Positions 59,572 through 64,000 of a stretch of 64,000 bases of DNA are shown here, piece by piece. Numbering within the stretch: position 1 is the stretch's first letter; each line of letters starts with the position of its first letter. Both the position numbers and the translations under genes were made by a program. Source of the stretch: Fibrobacteria bacterium (GTDB lineage: Bacteria; Fibrobacterota; Fibrobacteria; UBA11236; JADFYW01); NCBI GenBank assembly GCA_050294405.1, contig JBNKOC010000008.1, positions 32,001 to 96,000 on the forward strand, read 5' to 3'. The notes under the pieces were generated by a model. It saw only the letters and a program-made list of their open reading frames with translations. It was not told the origin of the DNA and did not search any database.

Positions 59572-61969
59572 TATTTTCGCTCAATTGATTGATTTTTTTT
59601 GAATCCAAATATCCTAATAAAAACGGGGAAAACAAAAGGGTGGCCAAAAAGGTCGACCCGATTCCCAAAATAGCTGTCAGCCCCATACTTTTCAATCCTA
59701 AATGGTGAGAAAAGCCAAGCCCAATAAAGCCGGCAAGAGAAGTTAGGGAGGTAGCAGTAATAATAACCCCTGTTTTTCTTAGAACCCAATATAAGGAGCC
59801 TATGCCTTCTTCCTTGTATCTATGGAATAAATGCACACTGTTATCGATGCCAATCCCAATCATGGCTGGCAAAACTACAAGGTTGAAATAATTAATGCGT
59901 ATTGAAAAAATACGCATGAGTCCCATTGTCCAAAGAATACCCAAAATTAAGGGTATTAATACCAAGACAGTGGCTTTTAGGGAGCGGGTATTCAACAAAA
60001 TTAAAGCGAACACAATGAACAAGGATAATATCAAAGCTTTAATGGTGTCCGGTATCATGATATTCAACAAATCTGCATACACCAGCGCCATTCCAGAACT
60101 TTTGTATACATTGCCTTCGGGGGTTGTAATTTCTCTTACATCATTTGCAAAGGCTCTGCAATTTATCCCGCTGGATAAATCCACCGAAGGAAAAATAAAA
60201 ACGAAATTTTCTTCTAACTGGTTTTTACCTATAAACTTTTTCTTAAAGCTAGGAGGCAAGTCGGTTAATCCCAAAGGTTTTACGTTCCAGTTGTTTCGCA
60301 ATCGGATTAACTCAGCAGGCAACAAACTGTCGGGAGTAGAGCTAAAAACAGGTTCCAGCTTTTCTTTTATCTCATTTATGATTTGTATTTTTTCCGTTTG
60401 GTTTTGAGGCAGGAGGCTGTGGAGAGAGTAAACCGAATGTATAGTTGGACTTAAGCTATCCGTCTTAATTTGCCTTTGAATTTCCCGAGTAACCTCCGCC
60501 GCTTTGTCCGGGGAATCGGTCATAATTACGGCTGGCGTGACTATGGCTTCACCTGCAATGTGCAGTAAACTGTCTGCAGTCTCATTGGAGTTGGCAAAAT
60601 CCAGTTTTTCAAAATTGTATTCAAAACGGGTTTGAACCCCTAATATTAAACTAAATATGCTGATAAAAAAAGTGGCTATGCCAAAGGGCTTCCAGAGAGA
60701 AAATTTCCGTCGCTTAAAAAGATTTAAGCTATACATACGGCTGCCAAAAACATAAACCAACCGTTGCTTTTCTAAAAGAATCAGGATACAGGGAAACACC
60801 AATAATATGGCAATCATGGTGCAAATAATTCCCAATCCCGCTATGATGCCAAATTCCGAAAAACCTTTAAACTGAGTTATGGTAATACTAAAAAAAGCCC
60901 CTGCTGATGTGAGCGCGCTGGTAGAAATGGCAGGTCCTGTTTCTAATGTTATGGTTTCAAAAGCCACCTCAGCCCCAAATCCTTTGCGGCGTTCTTCTAC
61001 ATATCTGGCTAATAGGTGTAAGGCGGCGTCTAAACCAAGACCAATTAAAATAATTCCCAGAGATAGGGAAACTAAATTCAAGTGCCCCACAAAAATTTTA
61101 GCCAGGGCCAAAGTCCAGATAACCCCCATTCCCAGAGGAACAAGAGCTAATATGGGGCCTAGTGGCATTCTAAAATAAAACAAGGCAATTAGAAAGAATA
61201 TGGCAAAAAAGGAAACCCAACCCGATTCTGTAACTTCCCTCATAAGCCTACCTTCATTTTGGATAGTTTCCAAAACTTCACCAGTCATTAAAATATCAAG
61301 ACTACTATCCTGTTTTAAGGGGTCAATAACTCTATTTACATCCCGGTACAAAGATTTACATTGAGTGTAATTGGATACATCAAAATTTGGAAATATATGC
61401 AGAATCAAAATGGTTTCATCCAGGCTTCCGTAATAGGGTTTTAGACGCCTGTTGTATTTTTGTTCTAAATCCTTAAAGTCCAGTTCTGGCTCGACGGGCG
61501 AATCTAGACTGTCTTCAGAACTAAGGTCTACTAATAAGGGATTGTTTTTTGCCTGGTGAAAAACTACCAGGCTATCGACCCTTTCCTCAATGGTTTTTAA
61601 ATCTTCCAGGTTGATGTATAGCAGTTGGTTTTCTGAATAATATTGAATTTCATTTTTATAGTCCAAAAAATTAATGTTGGGGTGAGTGGAGAGCGCATTG
61701 GCTGTTTGTTGTAAAGTCCTTTTGTTAAAATTGGAGTCGGGAGATTGAAATATTAAGGTAAGTTTTCCCAATCCTCCAAAATTTTCTTCTGTTTTTTTTA
61801 GCAGTTGAATGCTGTGGAATTCGTTAGGGAGTACTTCTAAAAGAGAGGATTTTAAATGAATTTTATTAGCATAAAATGCGGCGATTGCAGTGAGTAAAAG
61901 ACAAAGGCATATGACAGTAACGGGTCTTTTATGTAACTTATGAAATAATCTGCAAATAAGAGTATACAT
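59552..61969 (-). CDS. MMPL/RND-family transporter
   Basis: Two membrane repeats with GLGLDAALH and GIGIDNSVH; large periplasmic loops. Confidence 0.88.
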   Translation of the reverse strand: MYTLICRLFHKLHKRPVTVICLCLLLTAIAAFYANKIHLKSSLLEVLPNEFHSIQLLKKTEENFGGLGKLTLIFQSPDSNFNKRTLQQTANALSTHPNINFLDYKNEIQYYSENQLLYINLEDLKTIEERVDSLVVFHQAKNNPLLVDLSSEDSLDSPVEPELDFKDLEQKYNRRLKPYYGSLDETILILHIFPNFDVSNYTQCKSLYRDVNRVIDPLKQDSSLDILMTGEVLETIQNEGRLMREVTESGWVSFFAIFFLIALFYFRMPLGPILALVPLGMGVIWTLALAKIFVGHLNLVSLSLGIILIGLGLDAALHLLARYVEERRKGFGAEVAFETITLETGPAISTSALTSAGAFFSITITQFKGFSEFGIIAGLGIICTMIAILLVFPCILILLEKQRLVYVFGSRMYSLNLFKRRKFSLWKPFGIATFFISIFSLILGVQTRFEYNFEKLDFANSNETADSLLHIAGEAIVTPAVIMTDSPDKAAEVTREIQRQIKTDSLSPTIHSVYSLHSLLPQNQTEKIQIINEIKEKLEPVFSSTPDSLLPAELIRLRNNWNVKPLGLTDLPPSFKKKFIGKNQLEENFVFIFPSVDLSSGINCRAFANDVREITTPEGNVYKSSGMALVYADLLNIMIPDTIKALILSLFIVFALILLNTRSLKATVLVLIPLILGILWTMGLMRIFSIRINYFNLVVLPAMIGIGIDNSVHLFHRYKEEGIGSLYWVLRKTGVIITATSLTSLAGFIGLGFSHHLGLKSMGLTAILGIGSTFLATLLFSPFLLGYLDSKKINQLSENSESPLP

Positions 61970-61988
61970 GAAAGGCTTTAACCAAACA

Positions 61989-63035
61989 TTAATTCAGGAC
62001 AATTGTTTTCGTGGAAATCGAATCTGAGGCTGCCAGGTTATTTACTCTGAATTTTTTAATTCCCAATATTTGCCCGTTTTCCAATTCTACTTTTATTTTC
62101 CATAATCCATCTTCAATGTTATTTTTATAGGTGTAACCCCTGTATCCCGAACTGCGTCCGCTTTTAATTTGAAAGCCAATTTTATCCCGTTTTTGCCAGC
62201 TTTTTTGCCTCTCGTTATAATATTCCCATTGATGGTAAATTTTTGTTTCAATACCATCGGGAGCAAATATGGAGCTAAAACAGGAAACAGGCTGATTTAA
62301 CGGCTTTTGAATATTTTGTCTTCCCGGTTTTAAAAAGTAATACCAGGGCTTCTTTGCTACCGTGGCGCGGTACTCATTGTTTTCTTTTTGAATTTTCAAA
62401 CTAAGCGCCATATTTTTTTGTACGAGAGGAACCGGGGGAATAATGTTTGCAATAAAGAAAAGAACCAAAATTATTTGCCCCAGAACGGAGGGCATTAGAT
62501 TTTTAATGTTTTGCCGGGTTAGTTTTTTTAGGCCATAAGTTATGGCAAGGGCTAAAAGGCAGCTCAGGATAAACCAAATGGAATGTATACTTCCGAATAC
62601 ATGGGGCAATCCAAAATTTATAAACATGGTTCCGCAAAGAGTAAATAAAGTCCAACTAATTATTTTTTTCTGGTAATAATCAGCCAAAAACTCATTGAGA
62701 ACTAAAAATACCAAAAGCAAAAAAACTGTGATATATCCCCAAATATGGGAACTGGACTTAAAATAAAACACTACTAATGCGCTGAATATTCCGCCAAGAA
62801 AAAATTGCAAGCCCAGGGGTATGTATTTGCTCCATTTTCCCCCTAATTTTTTTTCCATGGCAAAAAGGCAAAACCCCGCGCCTAAATAATATGCCATTAT
62901 GATATATAGATCGCTGGGTTTGATTTGCCGTCCCAAGGTAAAAGAGTCCCATAAAAAACCTGCAAAAAAGGCAATAGCAGGAAAATATCGGCTAACCCGC
63001 TTGTATTTGTCGGCGACGTTCTTTCTAATACTCAT
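61989..63035 (-). CDS. DUF2914-like membrane protein
   Basis: GFLWDSFTLG, IPPVPL, SIFAP, GYRGYTYK, G.WK..VE. Confidence 0.7.
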   Translation of the reverse strand: MSIRKNVADKYKRVSRYFPAIAFFAGFLWDSFTLGRQIKPSDLYIIMAYYLGAGFCLFAMEKKLGGKWSKYIPLGLQFFLGGIFSALVVFYFKSSSHIWGYITVFLLLVFLVLNEFLADYYQKKIISWTLFTLCGTMFINFGLPHVFGSIHSIWFILSCLLALAITYGLKKLTRQNIKNLMPSVLGQIILVLFFIANIIPPVPLVQKNMALSLKIQKENNEYRATVAKKPWYYFLKPGRQNIQKPLNQPVSCFSSIFAPDGIETKIYHQWEYYNERQKSWQKRDKIGFQIKSGRSSGYRGYTYKNNIEDGLWKIKVELENGQILGIKKFRVNNLAASDSISTKTIVLN

Positions 63036-63077
63036 TGAGTAAGATATAGTTTTTTGCGGCCATTTCCACAGATGTTT

Positions 63078-63956
63078 TTATTGGGGTCGGGTAATAAGTC
63101 CTGTAATAAATCCCTTTTTTAGCTCCCAAACTCCCTTGAAAAGGATTGCCCAATCCCTTTGACCATTTTTGCGGCTGTGGAATTCTAAAAAATAAAGCAT
63201 TCTCCTTAAAAAGGGCTTTATGTTAACTAAAAGACCATGTCTGCCCCAGAAGTAAGCCTCATTGAAACATTGGTGAAACACAAAATTTTCTTTGAAATTT
63301 TGGGAACGGCAACCTCCAAGGGGAATTTTTCGATGAAATATTCTCATTTTTGAATTGAAGTAAATTTTTCCGCCCTTATTTAAAAATCGCCTGGCGAAAT
63401 CAATTTCTTCTCCCTGTGAGCTGCCTTTAAAGTGCTTTGAAAATTTCAAGGACTTTGCCCAGTGGAGGGGGATTATGTTATGGCCACCTGGAAACATTTC
63501 GCAGAAAAAATTGGACTTGGAATTGTAATTGGTTTTTATTTCTCCTGTAACCAAATCCACGGTTCCTACACCCTCCACATCGGGGACGTCTTGTTGGTCC
63601 ACCGCTCCGGCAATAATATGATTTGGAAATTGTAATATGCTTTGTTTAGCCATTTCAATTAAGTCGGAGTTTGGAATAATATCATCATCCAGAAACATAA
63701 CATGGCCACCGGCGGCTTTATTGATACCAAAATTTCTCGCTTTGGTCAGGGAAGGGGGATGGTTCCAGTAGAACTTAATATTGTCCCGTTGGCTAAACTT
63801 TTGCGGGATTTCCAGAGGAGGGGAGTTTTGATCAATAATTAATATTTCATCGCTATCCTTTATTTGATTGGCAAGAACATCTAAGGTTTCGAATAGAACC
63901 TCACTTCTTCCCAAGCTGGGAATAATTATGGAAATGTTTGGACTTGGGTTATTCAT
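63078..63956 (-). CDS. Glycosyltransferase family 2
   Basis: ISIIIPS, ARNFG, FLDDD, GEE.D. Confidence 0.9.
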   Translation of the reverse strand: MNNPSPNISIIIPSLGRSEVLFETLDVLANQIKDSDEILIIDQNSPPLEIPQKFSQRDNIKFYWNHPPSLTKARNFGINKAAGGHVMFLDDDIIPNSDLIEMAKQSILQFPNHIIAGAVDQQDVPDVEGVGTVDLVTGEIKTNYNSKSNFFCEMFPGGHNIIPLHWAKSLKFSKHFKGSSQGEEIDFARRFLNKGGKIYFNSKMRIFHRKIPLGGCRSQNFKENFVFHQCFNEAYFWGRHGLLVNIKPFLRRMLYFLEFHSRKNGQRDWAILFKGVWELKKGFITGLITRPQ

Positions 63957-64000
63957 TAAAATTGCTGCAATTTTGTTTTAAAAGCCCTTATTTTTTGTTG

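Overview
AT-rich, gene-dense bacterial chromosome segment, probably from a flagellated diderm. A Fibrobacterota-like origin is a weak inference. No rRNA, tRNA, CRISPR array, transposase or prophage was seen. In order, the window holds: (1) a flagellin 3' end, nth, a PAS-AraC regulator and ureD on the + strand, converging on a minus-strand urea operon with a sigma54-type promoter (urtA, porin, urtBCDE, fused ureAB, ureC, ureF, ureG, a small HPGH protein; no ureE); (2) secreted and surface proteins (M6 protease, an 8-repeat Fn3-associated/beta-propeller protein, a TorF-like porin); (3) a c-di-GMP/chemosensory block (degenerate HD-GYP, PilZ, pseudo-receiver, HDOD, cheY-R-B-W-A, no MCP); (4) clpB with a sigma54-type promoter, moaC, ccsA-hemA-hemE, a degenerate REC-PAS-AAA+ regulator, a divergent uvrA paralog and rrf2-sucCD-mdh; (5) a cytochrome c, a Sua5/YciO protein, yraN, a Ser/Thr kinase, an aminotransferase, an MMPL transporter, a DUF2914-like protein and a GT2. 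The best leads are a plant-like two-chain urease system with His-tailed UreG, no UreE and an unannotated HPGH mini-protein; a candidate ~100-nt sRNA with C-rich loops; a diverged 75-bp intergenic element present twice; Arg-rich putative c-di-GMP motifs in CheA and in a Ser/Thr kinase; and a probable CTG start for hemE. All calls come from reading motifs by eye; no searches were run.
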